Shown: positions 1 through 8,913, counted from the stretch's first letter. The stretch is DNA of 32,000 bases from Desulfocapsa sulfexigens DSM 10523 (GCF_000341395.1 NC_020304.1:2190001-2222000), one strand, 5' to 3'. Notes: generated by a model not told the origin, from the letters alone. Numbers and translations: made by a program.

Positions 1-290
1 AGGCCCGCGGAATGTATACCTTTGGTGGACATTTGAAATGGGCGCCAGCAATCGCCCTTGGCTATTTTGCCAGCATCGCAGTTCATTTCTTTGTCAACAG
101 TCGCTTTTTCTGATAAGGAGCTATTGAAGAAACGCCTTCACCTTCTACCCGGTTACATCGATGTATTTTCGTGGTCGGGTAGATTAGCGTCGAAAGAGGA
201 GTTCATATTCAGGAACCTCAAAAAAAGTACCTTTAGTTTCACATTGAAACGGAGCAGAATCTTCTGCCCCTCTGATATCATGTGTGAAAA

Positions 291-1703
291 ATGAAGATAG
301 AGTCAGTACTTCAAAGCGTATCCGTATTTGGTGAGTTGCTAAATGGTATTCCACATGGGATTGCTATTTTGGGAACTGATCTCTGCATCTTGACGATGAA
401 TCGCTATCTTGAGGCGATGACAGGGTACAGTACCGATGAAGCCAGGGGTGTTTACGGCGATTTTATCCTGCGAACAAACCTTGGTATCAAAAATCAAATA
501 TGTGCCGAAGTGTTGAAAAGTGGCGAATCAGTTTCAATTGATGGAAATATTATCAATCGTCGTCGTAAGAAAATTCCTGTTCATTTCACTATAAGCCGTC
601 TTCATGATGGTGAAGGTCAGCCCTCCGGAGTGCTTTTTGTTCTGGAAGACAGCTCGGTGGTAAAGGTTGAAGAATTAAGCCATCGGGAGCAATCCATCCG
701 CTCTAAAATTCTCGGCCACAGCTCACAGATGGAAAATGTCTTTGAACTGATGACCGTGCTTGCCCGCACCGATGCTTCGGTATTAATTACCGGTGAAACC
801 GGAACCGGTAAGGATCTGATGGCTGAGGCACTTCACAAGTCGTCGCAACGGGCACGTCAACCTTTTATCAAGGTTAATTGTGGTGCTCTTCCCGAAGCCC
901 TCCTTGAATCAGAACTTTTTGGCCATGTTAAAGGTGCCTTTACTGGCGCTGTCAATGAAACGGCCGGTATGTTTCGTCTGGCTCATCTGGGGACAATATT
1001 CCTCACGGAAATTGGTGATCTCTCCCTGCCTCTGCAGGTCAAACTGCTCTCTGTACTTGATGATAAGGAGTTTTTTCCCGTTGGGGGGAGTAAAAAAGTT
1101 AAGGTGGACGTCCGAATTATTGCCGCAACCCATAGATCGCTCCGAGAAGAAGTGCAGCAGGGACGTTTTCGCGAAGATCTTTTCTATCGTTTGAATGTTT
1201 TGTGTCTTCATTCTCCGCCACTTAGAGAACGTGATGGCGATATTCGACTTCTTTTAGACCATTTTTTACGTCAGTTCAATGCAAAACTTGGCCGGGAGGT
1301 GACAGATTTCAGCCCCGAGGCCATCGACTTTCTGAACCAGTATAGATACCCAGGAAATGTTCGTGAACTACGCAATATTGCCGAATACTCAGCTAATATC
1401 TGTCAGGGTAGGGTGGTTGAGGTAAAAGACCTGCCAGCCTACCTCTTTCGGCCGGCGGTGAATCCTGAAATGAAAAGCAGTTCAGCTATGAGTCATCCGT
1501 TAGTGCAAAGAGAAGAGGCTGTGGCAGCGCGGGTAACAGTGCCGGCAGGTGGAACAACACCCGGAGGCTGGGTAGATGTGGAAAAAGAAATGATACTGGA
1601 TGCTCTGCGTAGCAGTGGTGGTAATAGATCGAAAGCATCTGAAATTTTGGGTTGGGGACGGACGACACTCTGGAGAAAACTAAAAAAGTATAAGATGGCT
1701 TAG
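291..1703 (+). CDS. sigma-54-dependent transcriptional activator (PAS - AAA+ - Fis-type HTH), no receiver domain
   Basis: 470-aa ORF. It has an N-terminal PAS-like segment. The central sigma-54 interaction domain carries Walker A GETGTGK, the bEBP signature GAFTGA and the arginine-finger region RFREDLFYRL. The C-terminal HTH reads NRSKASEILGWGRTTLWRKLKKY. The Walker B region reads TIFLTEIG rather than the usual LFLDEIG. Confidence 0.9.
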   Translation: MKIESVLQSVSVFGELLNGIPHGIAILGTDLCILTMNRYLEAMTGYSTDEARGVYGDFILRTNLGIKNQICAEVLKSGESVSIDGNIINRRRKKIPVHFTISRLHDGEGQPSGVLFVLEDSSVVKVEELSHREQSIRSKILGHSSQMENVFELMTVLARTDASVLITGETGTGKDLMAEALHKSSQRARQPFIKVNCGALPEALLESELFGHVKGAFTGAVNETAGMFRLAHLGTIFLTEIGDLSLPLQVKLLSVLDDKEFFPVGGSKKVKVDVRIIAATHRSLREEVQQGRFREDLFYRLNVLCLHSPPLRERDGDIRLLLDHFLRQFNAKLGREVTDFSPEAIDFLNQYRYPGNVRELRNIAEYSANICQGRVVEVKDLPAYLFRPAVNPEMKSSSAMSHPLVQREEAVAARVTVPAGGTTPGGWVDVEKEMILDALRSSGGNRSKASEILGWGRTTLWRKLKKYKMA

Positions 1704-1720
1704 AGGGGGAGAAGAGGGAT

Positions 1721-2074
1721 ATGAAGATTATGATTACAACCCGTGGCGATTTTGTCTCCCCACGTTTTGATTCGAGTTCAGAGGTGCTGATCGCAAGTTA
1801 TTACGATCAACAATTAATGGAGGAACCGCGCTCTTTACTTCTGAGTAATGTCTCTGCTGAGATACTCTGTGATCTTGCCTTGAAAGAGAATGTTGCCATC
1901 GTTGTGTGTGGGGGGATTGAGGAGGAGCATTACCAGTTTCTAACCTGGAAAAAAATAGTAGTAATCGATTCAGTGATCGGGCCCCATGAAGCAGTACTGG
2001 AGCTTGGTATGAAGAACAGACTGGAACCTGGTATAATATTACCAGGAGTAACCTCAAAGGAGGTGGCCTCATGA
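1721..2074 (+). CDS. NifB-C-terminal/NifX/NafY-family (Nitro_FeMo-Co fold) small protein
   Basis: 117-aa ORF starting 17 nt after the activator stop. Its stop overlaps the next start (ATGA at 2071-2074). The patterns VSPRFDSSSEVLIA and VAIVVCGGIEEEHYQFL..KIVVI match my memory of this family. No search was run. Confidence 0.6.
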   Translation: MKIMITTRGDFVSPRFDSSSEVLIASYYDQQLMEEPRSLLLSNVSAEILCDLALKENVAIVVCGGIEEEHYQFLTWKKIVVIDSVIGPHEAVLELGMKNRLEPGIILPGVTSKEVAS

Positions 2075-3852
2075 CAGAGCGTCATCATTGGTTAAACAAA
2101 ATTCTGCCCTCGCCTCTGGCAGAAGATGGCAATGCTGCTGACAGTGAACAGGTATACACCAAGTTTTCGAGAGGATTATCTGTAATACTGCTGGTACTTG
2201 TGCTTGTACCTTTGACCGTTTTGTCACTCCTGTCACATTATCAGTACAAAGAGCTTCTGGAAGAAGAAGAGATGGACCAGCTAGTTCTCAATTTAGAACA
2301 GGCCCAGAGTACCATTGAGGCCTTTATTACAGAGCTGCAATCGATCATAAAATTCGTGGCCCGTGATGATCGTTACGAGGAACTGCTTAATCCGGACGAG
2401 CTGGAGTCTCTTTTCGTTCGTCTCAAGGATGAGTACCCCGGGTTTGCAGATATTGAAATCATTGACCCCGAGGGTACCCAAAAGGCCTATTTGGGCCCCT
2501 ATGCACTTGGAGGGCATAATTATAGCGAACAAACCTGGTATAAGGAAGTCTTGTTGCGGGGTGTCCATATAAGCAACATTTTTTCCGGTTTTCGTAATGT
2601 TCCTCACTTTGTTATTGCTGTAAGCAGAAAAGACCCACGGAGTCAGGAATACTGGGTTTTACGAGTCACCATTGAAGGGAAAACGCTACAGAATTTTATC
2701 AATACGATCAGCACCAGTTATGCAGACGACATGTTTTTGGTTGATGCAGAAGGAATAACCCAGACGATACCTCAGAAATATGGGAATATAGGGGAAAAAT
2801 GTATCTTACACGACGTGGAAGAGAAAGAAGTGAAGTTCTTTGATGGGGATTATCATAACCAGGATGGTTCAACTGAGAAGACGCAAAGAATACTGATTGT
2901 CAAAAAGACCTTTAAAGGCATGCAGATTAATCATGCAGCCATCGATCTTGTGGAGACGCCATGGAGATTGGTTTTAGTTAAAGAGCAGTACCTGCATGCC
3001 GCTACCTGGGTGCAGTTTAAGGTAAAATTAACAACAATGTTTTTTAGTAGTGTTGTTGTTGCCGTATTCGTAATTCTGGAAATCAGTTCAGCAATTACCA
3101 ATCACATTCGAGAATCGGATAAAAAACGCCAATTCCTCTATCGGGAAGTTGCTAACAGCAACAAACTTGCATCCGTCGGCAGGTTGGCGGCAGGTGTTGC
3201 CCATGAAATCAACAACCCCCTGTCGATTATCAATCAAAAGACAGGTCTCGTTCAGGATTTTATGGAATTTTCCGAGGATTTTCCCCATAAAGAAGCAATG
3301 GCGGAAGCGCTTGATGGAATTCAGAACAGCGTTGAGCGCTGTAAAACAATCACCCATCGTTTACTTGGCTTTGCCCGGCAGACAGATGCAAAAACAGAGG
3401 AGATTGATTTTCATCATACCATCCGGGAGGTTGTTGATTTTCTGGCAAAGGAAGCAACGTATAACCAGATACAAATTGAATTTGATTTGAGCCAGGACAT
3501 AAAAAAAATATGGTGTGATCGTGGTTTGTTACAGCAGATTTTCCTGAATATAACCAACAATGCCATCGATGCCATAGGAAGAGATGGTAAAATCGTTCTT
3601 GCAAGCAGGAAAGTTGGTGAGGACAGCATTGAGGTGACAATCTCGGATAACGGGCCCGGTATGTCTCCAGATGTAAAGCGGAAAATTTTTGAACCATTTT
3701 TTACGACAAAGGAAACGGGTAAGGGGACTGGTCTTGGCTTATCTATAACCTATGGTTTGGTGAAAAAGCTTGGTGGCAGTATTCATGTAACATCTGAAAT
3801 GGGTAAGGGAACCACGTTCGTCATTAGCTTGCCGGTGAAACGAAGTGTGTAA
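2071..3852 (+). CDS. sensor histidine kinase with periplasmic dCache-like domain
   Basis: 593-aa ORF. TM1 is [21 protein letters not shown] ~250-aa extracytoplasmic Cache-like segment follows ([38 protein letters not shown]), then TM2 ([19 protein letters not shown]). The H-box is [10 protein letters not shown]. The N/G1/G2 boxes are [16 protein letters not shown] and [10 protein letters not shown]. Confidence 0.9.
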   Translation: MTERHHWLNKILPSPLAEDGNAADSEQVYTKFSRGLSVILLVLVLVPLTVLSLLSHYQYKELLEEEEMDQLVLNLEQAQSTIEAFITELQSIIKFVARDDRYEELLNPDELESLFVRLKDEYPGFADIEIIDPEGTQKAYLGPYALGGHNYSEQTWYKEVLLRGVHISNIFSGFRNVPHFVIAVSRKDPRSQEYWVLRVTIEGKTLQNFINTISTSYADDMFLVDAEGITQTIPQKYGNIGEKCILHDVEEKEVKFFDGDYHNQDGSTEKTQRILIVKKTFKGMQINHAAIDLVETPWRLVLVKEQYLHAATWVQFKVKLTTMFFSSVVVAVFVILEISSAITNHIRESDKKRQFLYREVANSNKLASVGRLAAGVAHEINNPLSIINQKTGLVQDFMEFSEDFPHKEAMAEALDGIQNSVERCKTITHRLLGFARQTDAKTEEIDFHHTIREVVDFLAKEATYNQIQIEFDLSQDIKKIWCDRGLLQQIFLNITNNAIDAIGRDGKIVLASRKVGEDSIEVTISDNGPGMSPDVKRKIFEPFFTTKETGKGTGLGLSITYGLVKKLGGSIHVTSEMGKGTTFVISLPVKRSV

Positions 3853-3885
3853 GTAGCTTATAATGCAGAATATCTGGGTGACCAA

Positions 3886-4263
3886 ATGATAAAGTCAAAA
3901 GTGTTGATAATTGATGATGAGATTGAGTTTGCAACAACCTTGTGTCAACGGTTGAAGCTCCGTGGGATGGCCGCTATTGATGTCCATAGTGGAACCGAAG
4001 GCTTGGTAAGTCTGGTGAAAATGAACCCGGGAATTGTCATTCTTGACTTGAAAATGCCAGATATGAGTGGTCTTGATGTATTAGCCAAGGTCAAGCAACA
4101 TGATCCAAGTATCGAAGTCATCATGCTCACCGGTCATGGATCTGCCGAAGCCGGGGCGGAGGCTAAAGAAAAAGGTGCTTTTGATTACATTATGAAGCCG
4201 GTTGACCTTGTGAAACTTGTAGATAAAATGGAACTGGCTGATGAAAAACGCAGCAAAGCATAG
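3886..4263 (+). CDS. stand-alone response-regulator receiver (CheY-like)
   Basis: 125-aa ORF. It has VLIIDDE, the phospho-acceptor context VILDLKMPDMSG, and VIMLTGHGS and KPV. There is no output domain. Confidence 0.9.
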   Translation: MIKSKVLIIDDEIEFATTLCQRLKLRGMAAIDVHSGTEGLVSLVKMNPGIVILDLKMPDMSGLDVLAKVKQHDPSIEVIMLTGHGSAEAGAEAKEKGAFDYIMKPVDLVKLVDKMELADEKRSKA

Positions 4264-4960
4264 GTCTTTTATGGATGCAAATACGGAAAATAGTATTCGA
4301 CAGGAACAGATAGAGTCCTTTGGTCGGCTGATGGCAGGTTTTGCCCACGACATGAAAAACCATCTTGGTATCATACGGGAATCGAATGGGTTAATGGGAG
4401 ATATTCTGGAGATGGGCGTTCTGGGTGGGGACGCTAAAATGTTGGAACGACTTAAGAAATCAATCGATGCCATTGAGCGCAGAGTTGTAATTTCGGCTAA
4501 TATGATGCATCATCTCAGTGGGTTGGCTCATCGACCGGATCACCCCTTTTCTTCCTTTTTGATTAATGATGTAATTAAGGAGGAATATGTGTTTCTTGAA
4601 CGTTTTTCAAGGCTTAAGCAGATCAATATTGTAATGGAGCTTCAGGAAATGCTTCCGGCGGTGTATAATGACCCATCACTGCTGCAACATGTTGTGTATC
4701 GTATATATTCTCAGTGTCTTGAACTGCTTGAAAGTGGGCAGAGCCTGTCCATTGTAACGGAAGTGGAAGGAAATAGGGCTGTACTGGTTTTTCGTTTCCC
4801 TTTCGGGGTGTCTGTTACAGACGGTGAAACACTTTTGCATACAACCCTTCTGTCTGCAGTTGAAAAAATGGAAGGAACTTTAACTATTAAAGACAAAAAT
4901 AAAGATGGTATGGAAATCAGGCTTGGCATTCCCTCGTTATCTGTTGATAGCACATCCTGA
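4241..4960 (+). CDS. HisKA-containing protein with degenerate ATP-binding domain (pseudo-kinase / histidine-phosphotransferase-like)
   Basis: 239-aa ORF. The H-box is present ([15 protein letters not shown]). The C-terminal half ([17 protein letters not shown]...FRFPFGVSV...[10 protein letters not shown]) has no N-box Asn and no G1 (DxGxG) or G2 (GxGxG) boxes. The start is uncertain: the ATG at 4241 overlaps the receiver gene by 23 nt, and an alternative ATG lies at 4271. Confidence 0.6.
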   Translation: MKNAAKHRSFMDANTENSIRQEQIESFGRLMAGFAHDMKNHLGIIRESNGLMGDILEMGVLGGDAKMLERLKKSIDAIERRVVISANMMHHLSGLAHRPDHPFSSFLINDVIKEEYVFLERFSRLKQINIVMELQEMLPAVYNDPSLLQHVVYRIYSQCLELLESGQSLSIVTEVEGNRAVLVFRFPFGVSVTDGETLLHTTLLSAVEKMEGTLTIKDKNKDGMEIRLGIPSLSVDSTS

Positions 4961-4994
4961 TATAAAAAAACTCTGGTACATTAAAAGTAACCTT

Positions 4995-5729
4995 ATGATT
5001 ATAAATGCCATTCTGAAAAAACTTAAAGATGCATGTACTGATCTGCTGCCTATTGTGCTGGTAATTGCTTTTTTTCAGATGGTTGTCATCCGGCAACCTC
5101 TGCCTCAGATGGGAGAGGTTTTATTTGGGACACTCTTGATAGTGCTGGGACTGAGTCTTTTTATTCAGGGTCTGGAAATGGGACTGTTTCCGATTGGCGA
5201 GGCCATGGCCCAGGCATTGGCCAGAAAGGGAAGCCTCTTCTGGCTTCTTGCATTTGCCTTTGCGCTCGGTTTCTCAACTACCGTGGCAGAGCCAGCTCTT
5301 ATCGCTGTAGCAGCTAAAGCAGCCGAGATAGCCGGTGATGGCGGACTTATTGATTCGAGTCCGGAATCGTTGAAACAGTATGCATTTGGCCTTCGCATGT
5401 CCGTTGCCTTTTCCGTAGGGCTTGCAATTCTGATCGGAGTTATGCGTATCCTCCGTGGCTGGCCCATCCATTATTTGATTATTGGTGGTTATGTACTCGT
5501 TATGCTGATGACTATTATTGCTCCCAAGGAAATTATTGGTATAGCCTATGATGCGGGAGGGGTGACGACTTCAACCATAACTGTCCCCCTTGTTGCAGCT
5601 CTCGGCGTGGGGCTGGCCTCCACAATTCGTGGTCGAAGTCCTTTGACGGACGGCTTTGGTCTTATTGCCTTCGCCTCTCTCCTGCCTATGATATTCGTAA
5701 TGGGCTATGGACTTCTGATTTTCAAATAA
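4995..5729 (+). CDS. DUF1538-family polytopic membrane protein (paralog 1)
   Basis: The track ORF begins at 4905. I prefer the in-frame ATG at 4995 ([13 protein letters not shown]...), which parallels the N-terminus of the paralog. The protein has multiple TM segments. It shares the motifs [11 protein letters not shown] and [26 protein letters not shown]...[11 protein letters not shown] with the next gene. Family recall is from memory. Confidence 0.75.
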   Translation: MIINAILKKLKDACTDLLPIVLVIAFFQMVVIRQPLPQMGEVLFGTLLIVLGLSLFIQGLEMGLFPIGEAMAQALARKGSLFWLLAFAFALGFSTTVAEPALIAVAAKAAEIAGDGGLIDSSPESLKQYAFGLRMSVAFSVGLAILIGVMRILRGWPIHYLIIGGYVLVMLMTIIAPKEIIGIAYDAGGVTTSTITVPLVAALGVGLASTIRGRSPLTDGFGLIAFASLLPMIFVMGYGLLIFK

Positions 5730-5746
5730 TTGGCGCAGACAATTCT

Positions 5747-6535
5747 ATGGAATTTATTAAAGAGTTCAGTATAATCCTTCTTGCAACCTGCAGGGATGTC
5801 TTACCTATTGTTCTTCTGATTACTGTATTTCAGCTGGTTGTGCTCCGTCAAAAAATTCCCAATTTACCACGCCTTATCGTCGGTGGCGTCTATGTAATTC
5901 TTGGGCTGGCACTTTTTCTGGCCGGATTGGAAAAGGCCCTGTTCCCACTGGGAAAAATAATGGCGGCTCAACTTTCTGATCCTGTTTTTCTCTATGGTAC
6001 AAATGAAGCAATAACTCATGTTGACTGGACTGCATACGGTTGGGTATATCTTTTTGCGGCAATGATCGGATTTGCAACAACCATCGCGGAACCCTCTCTT
6101 ATTGCAGTGGCATACAAGGCAAATGAGGTGTCTGCTGGGACGATCTCCACGTGGGGGTTGCGTATTACCGTGGCCATTGGGGTGGCATTTGGAATAAGTC
6201 TTGGAACCTACAGGATAGTGACTGGTACGCCACTCTATTTATATATTCTTGTTGGTTATGTGGTTGTAATCATACAAACCATATTTGCACCTAAGACAAT
6301 TGTCGCTCTGGCCTATGATTCCGGGGGCGTGACTACGTCCACGGTAACGGTGCCACTTGTTGCTGCGTTGGGCCTTGGGCTTGCTTCCACTGTTCCTGGG
6401 AGAAATCCGGCCCTTGACGGTTTTGGTCTTATTGCTTTTGCCAGCCTTTTCCCAATTATTGCAGTACTGGGGTATGCGCAATTGATGGAGTGGAAAACCA
6501 AACATACTATTAATACTAACACTGGTGAACGGTAA
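5747..6535 (+). CDS. DUF1538-family polytopic membrane protein (paralog 2)
   Basis: 262-aa ORF starting 17 nt after paralog 1. It carries the same motifs (TIAEPSLIAVA; [26 protein letters not shown]...[11 protein letters not shown]). Confidence 0.75.
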   Translation: MEFIKEFSIILLATCRDVLPIVLLITVFQLVVLRQKIPNLPRLIVGGVYVILGLALFLAGLEKALFPLGKIMAAQLSDPVFLYGTNEAITHVDWTAYGWVYLFAAMIGFATTIAEPSLIAVAYKANEVSAGTISTWGLRITVAIGVAFGISLGTYRIVTGTPLYLYILVGYVVVIIQTIFAPKTIVALAYDSGGVTTSTVTVPLVAALGLGLASTVPGRNPALDGFGLIAFASLFPIIAVLGYAQLMEWKTKHTINTNTGER

Positions 6536-6559
6536 GTAAGCCAGTATATGTACCTTCAC

Positions 6560-6592
6560 CAAATTCTTTTTTCAAAACCAAAAAAGAATTTG
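6560..6592 (+). promoter_or_regulatory. perfect 13-bp AT-rich inverted repeat (hairpin) between the DUF1538 genes and the PII-like gene
   Basis: CAAATTCTTTTTT (6560-6572), 7-nt loop CAAAACC, then AAAAAAGAATTTG (6580-6592). The repeat lies in the 89-nt gap, 25 nt after the stop of paralog 2. There is no downstream U-tract, so it is not a canonical intrinsic terminator. Confidence 0.45.
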
Positions 6593-6624
6593 TAGGTTCT
6601 AACGGATAATAATGGAGATATATA

Positions 6625-6972
6625 ATGCGCTTTAAACTCATTCTATCCTCGGTGAAGCCGGGTATCACGGATACAATTGTTGATGCGGCAAAAGCGGCGG
6701 GTGCAACAGGAGCTACTATTATTCCTGCCAGAGGTACCGGAATTCGTGAAGCCAAAACGTTCTTTGGTCTTTCCCTTGAAGCTCAGACAGACATTATTAT
6801 GTTTCTCGTTGAAGAACACTGTGTCGATGGAATTCTTGGTGCGATAAAAGAATCCGGAAAATTTCATGAACCCGGTACAGGTATTGCCTTTGTCCTACCG
6901 GTCGAGCATGTGGTCGGTTTGGAAAGTCAGATGGAAAAGTTTAAAACCGAGGTTCGTGAAAGCTATTTTTGA
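6625..6972 (+). CDS. PII-like signal-transduction protein (GlnB-fold, non-canonical T-loop)
   Basis: 115-aa ORF with a GGAG Shine-Dalgarno 8 nt upstream. The beta-alpha-beta / loop / beta-alpha-beta layout is MRFKLILSSVKPGITDTIVDAAKAAGATGATIIPARGTG...TDIIMFLVEE..VDGILGAIKESG...GTGIAFVLPVE. The T-loop is short, with no GlnB Tyr51-like site. Confidence 0.7.
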   Translation: MRFKLILSSVKPGITDTIVDAAKAAGATGATIIPARGTGIREAKTFFGLSLEAQTDIIMFLVEEHCVDGILGAIKESGKFHEPGTGIAFVLPVEHVVGLESQMEKFKTEVRESYF

Positions 6973-7020
6973 CAGATTTAAAATGTTGGCTATATATTTC
7001 TATTGCTGGAGGTGGGTCTG

Positions 7021-7422
7021 GTGTCTGAAGGAAAAAAAATAATACGAGCAGAAGATGTTCTGGAAAAGAAAGTTGTGTTTATCGATGGAATGGCTACATC
7101 GCGGGATGCTGCTGCAAAAATGCGATCTGAAAAATGCAGGTGTCTTCTCGTTGAAAAACGGCATCCCGATGATGCCTGGGGTATTGTTGTTGTCCAGGAT
7201 TTTATAAAGGGGGTGCTGGTTGCTGGGCGTTCTCCACAGGAAGTGCACATTTATGAAATTATGACGAAACCCGTGATAACCGTGCCTGCGGATATGGATA
7301 TCCGTTATGTAGCCCGTCTGCTCTTTCATGCGGGCATTCGAAGGGCACCGGTGGAAAAAAATGGGGAAATGATTGGTGTGATTTCGCTTTCCTCATTGAT
7401 CCTTGACAATGACCTTTTTTAA
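7021..7422 (+). CDS. CBS-pair (Bateman) domain protein
   Basis: The track ORF starts at a TTG (7003). The GTG at 7021 sits 6 nt after GGAGGTG and is the more likely start. There are two CBS repeats (VVFIDGMATSRDAAAKM..CLLVEK...GIVVVQDFI and ITVPADMDIRYVARLLFHAGIRRAPVEKNGEMIGVISLSSLI). No other domain is present. Confidence 0.8.
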   Translation: MSEGKKIIRAEDVLEKKVVFIDGMATSRDAAAKMRSEKCRCLLVEKRHPDDAWGIVVVQDFIKGVLVAGRSPQEVHIYEIMTKPVITVPADMDIRYVARLLFHAGIRRAPVEKNGEMIGVISLSSLILDNDLF

Positions 7423-7437
7423 TCGAAAACACTCAAA

Positions 7438-7866
7438 ATGACCAAAAGAGATATACCGGTTCCGATCTGTATGACCTGTGGAGAGCATAGAAATGGGCAG
7501 TATGTAAAAGAAGAACCCTTCTATCTATGTAAGAACTGCGGCACCGAGATGAGATATCGGCCGGCTGGAGAATTGTTGAACTCTGGCAGTAAGAAAGCAA
7601 TAGAAAATAACGGCTGGGCTGTGAGTTTTTCCGTTCGCAGTTCGGAACTCTATTCTGCGCAGGCAATGCTTGCGTTAGGGATCGCTCTGATAGTATTGTC
7701 TGTTGTTTTTGTGTGGTTGGGGAAACTCGAAAATGACGCTGCTCTCTGGAGTATCGGCTCGGGAGTTTTTCTGAGTATCCTTGGGAGAAGAAAATCGATT
7801 AAGCAGAAGAAAAAAAGCCAGTTGATCCTCAGCCAATTTCCTTACTGGAAAAAAGAACGGCTGTAG
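7438..7866 (+). CDS. hypothetical zinc-ribbon membrane protein
   Basis: 142-aa ORF with CxxC...CxxC (CMTCGEH...CKNCG) followed by two predicted TM helices and a Lys-rich tail. I do not recognise a family. Confidence 0.45.
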   Translation: MTKRDIPVPICMTCGEHRNGQYVKEEPFYLCKNCGTEMRYRPAGELLNSGSKKAIENNGWAVSFSVRSSELYSAQAMLALGIALIVLSVVFVWLGKLENDAALWSIGSGVFLSILGRRKSIKQKKKSQLILSQFPYWKKERL

Positions 7867-7914
7867 GAAAATTTAAGGAAAAAAAGAGTCTAAAAATGGT
7901 TATGATAAATTGCA

Positions 7915-8865
7915 ATGATACGTTGCAATAATTTGGAATTAAGCAAGAAAACTGTCTATACAACTCTTCTTCGCCTTGGAGTCAGTGCCGCAGTTCTTGT
8001 CTGGCTTTTTTCGCAAACTGATACGGCAACGGTGCTGGAAACATTTGGAAGACTTCCACTTGTAATCTGGGTTGTTTCTGTTTTCTTTTTTCTCACTCTC
8101 TGTCTACTGGCAGCAACCCGTTGGTTTCTTCTTTCCGGAATTTTAGGTCTACCAGGTCAGTGGTTCACCTATGTCGGTTATTATTTTATTGGCCAATTTT
8201 TTAATCTTTTTATGCCAACCAGTGTGGGCGGGGATTTTTTTAAGATTCTGTTTGTCTCTAAAGGACAGCAGAGTGGATTGTTGGTCAGTACCTGTGGTGT
8301 GATAGCTGATAGATTTATCGGTCTCCTGACAATGTTTTTAACGGGGACGATAGCAGTTCTGATGTATCCTGGGGAAATTTTGCCCGGAAAGAATGAATGG
8401 CTTTTGTATTGCGGTGCATTCGTGATTGTCGGATTATTGTTTTTTGTCCCGTTCCTCTATTATTTACTTCGTACTTTTCGATCTAGCATTAGCGAAGAGC
8501 TTGTATTACTGAGAACAATCTGGCAATATCCCGCCGTGTTAATAAAGATTGCTGGTCTCTCAGTTGCCTTGAATTCTATTCTTATCTCAATTATAATTGT
8601 GTTGGCTACAAGTATCGGAATTGATGTACATCCGAGCTATTTTTTTGCGATCTTTCCGTTAACCGCAATTGTCACTGTTTTACCCTTTAGTTTTAATGGC
8701 ATGGGGTTGCGAGAGGGGGCTTTTGTCTATTTACTGTCTCTACAGAATGTACCCTTCGAAAAAGCGTTATCCCTGAGTCTTTGTCTTTTTGTTGTTCAGT
8801 GCAGTGCCGGTTTTGCTGGTGGTATTGCCTATGCCATTGGGCTTCATAAAAAAACAATTGATTGA
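7915..8865 (+). CDS. UPF0104 / lysylphosphatidylglycerol-synthase-TM-region family membrane protein (flippase-like)
   Basis: 316-aa polytopic ORF. It has the family-typical N-terminal arrangement and the motifs PTSVGGDFFK and NGMGLREGAF. Confidence 0.7.
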   Translation: MIRCNNLELSKKTVYTTLLRLGVSAAVLVWLFSQTDTATVLETFGRLPLVIWVVSVFFFLTLCLLAATRWFLLSGILGLPGQWFTYVGYYFIGQFFNLFMPTSVGGDFFKILFVSKGQQSGLLVSTCGVIADRFIGLLTMFLTGTIAVLMYPGEILPGKNEWLLYCGAFVIVGLLFFVPFLYYLLRTFRSSISEELVLLRTIWQYPAVLIKIAGLSVALNSILISIIIVLATSIGIDVHPSYFFAIFPLTAIVTVLPFSFNGMGLREGAFVYLLSLQNVPFEKALSLSLCLFVVQCSAGFAGGIAYAIGLHKKTID

Positions 8866-8913
8866 GAAATATGGATACTCTTTCCCTCTTACACTTATTT
8901 ATTCGAGGGCCAT

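Noticed and set aside
58-294. 78-aa ORF upstream of the sigma-54 activator whose stop overlaps the activator's start (ATGA)
   Set aside because: It starts only at a TTG, has no ATG near the 5' end and no visible Shine-Dalgarno. Its composition is uninformative and I recognise no motif. It is more likely non-coding leader or promoter DNA. The ATGA overlap alone is not enough.
4973-4989. sigma-54 promoter-like sequence CTGGTACATTAAAAGTA just upstream of the first DUF1538 gene
   Set aside because: The GG-N10 spacing is right, but the -12 element is AAGT rather than TTGC and the -24 element is TGGTAC. The match is too weak to call, although a sigma-54 activator is encoded nearby. It is worth scoring with a proper PWM.
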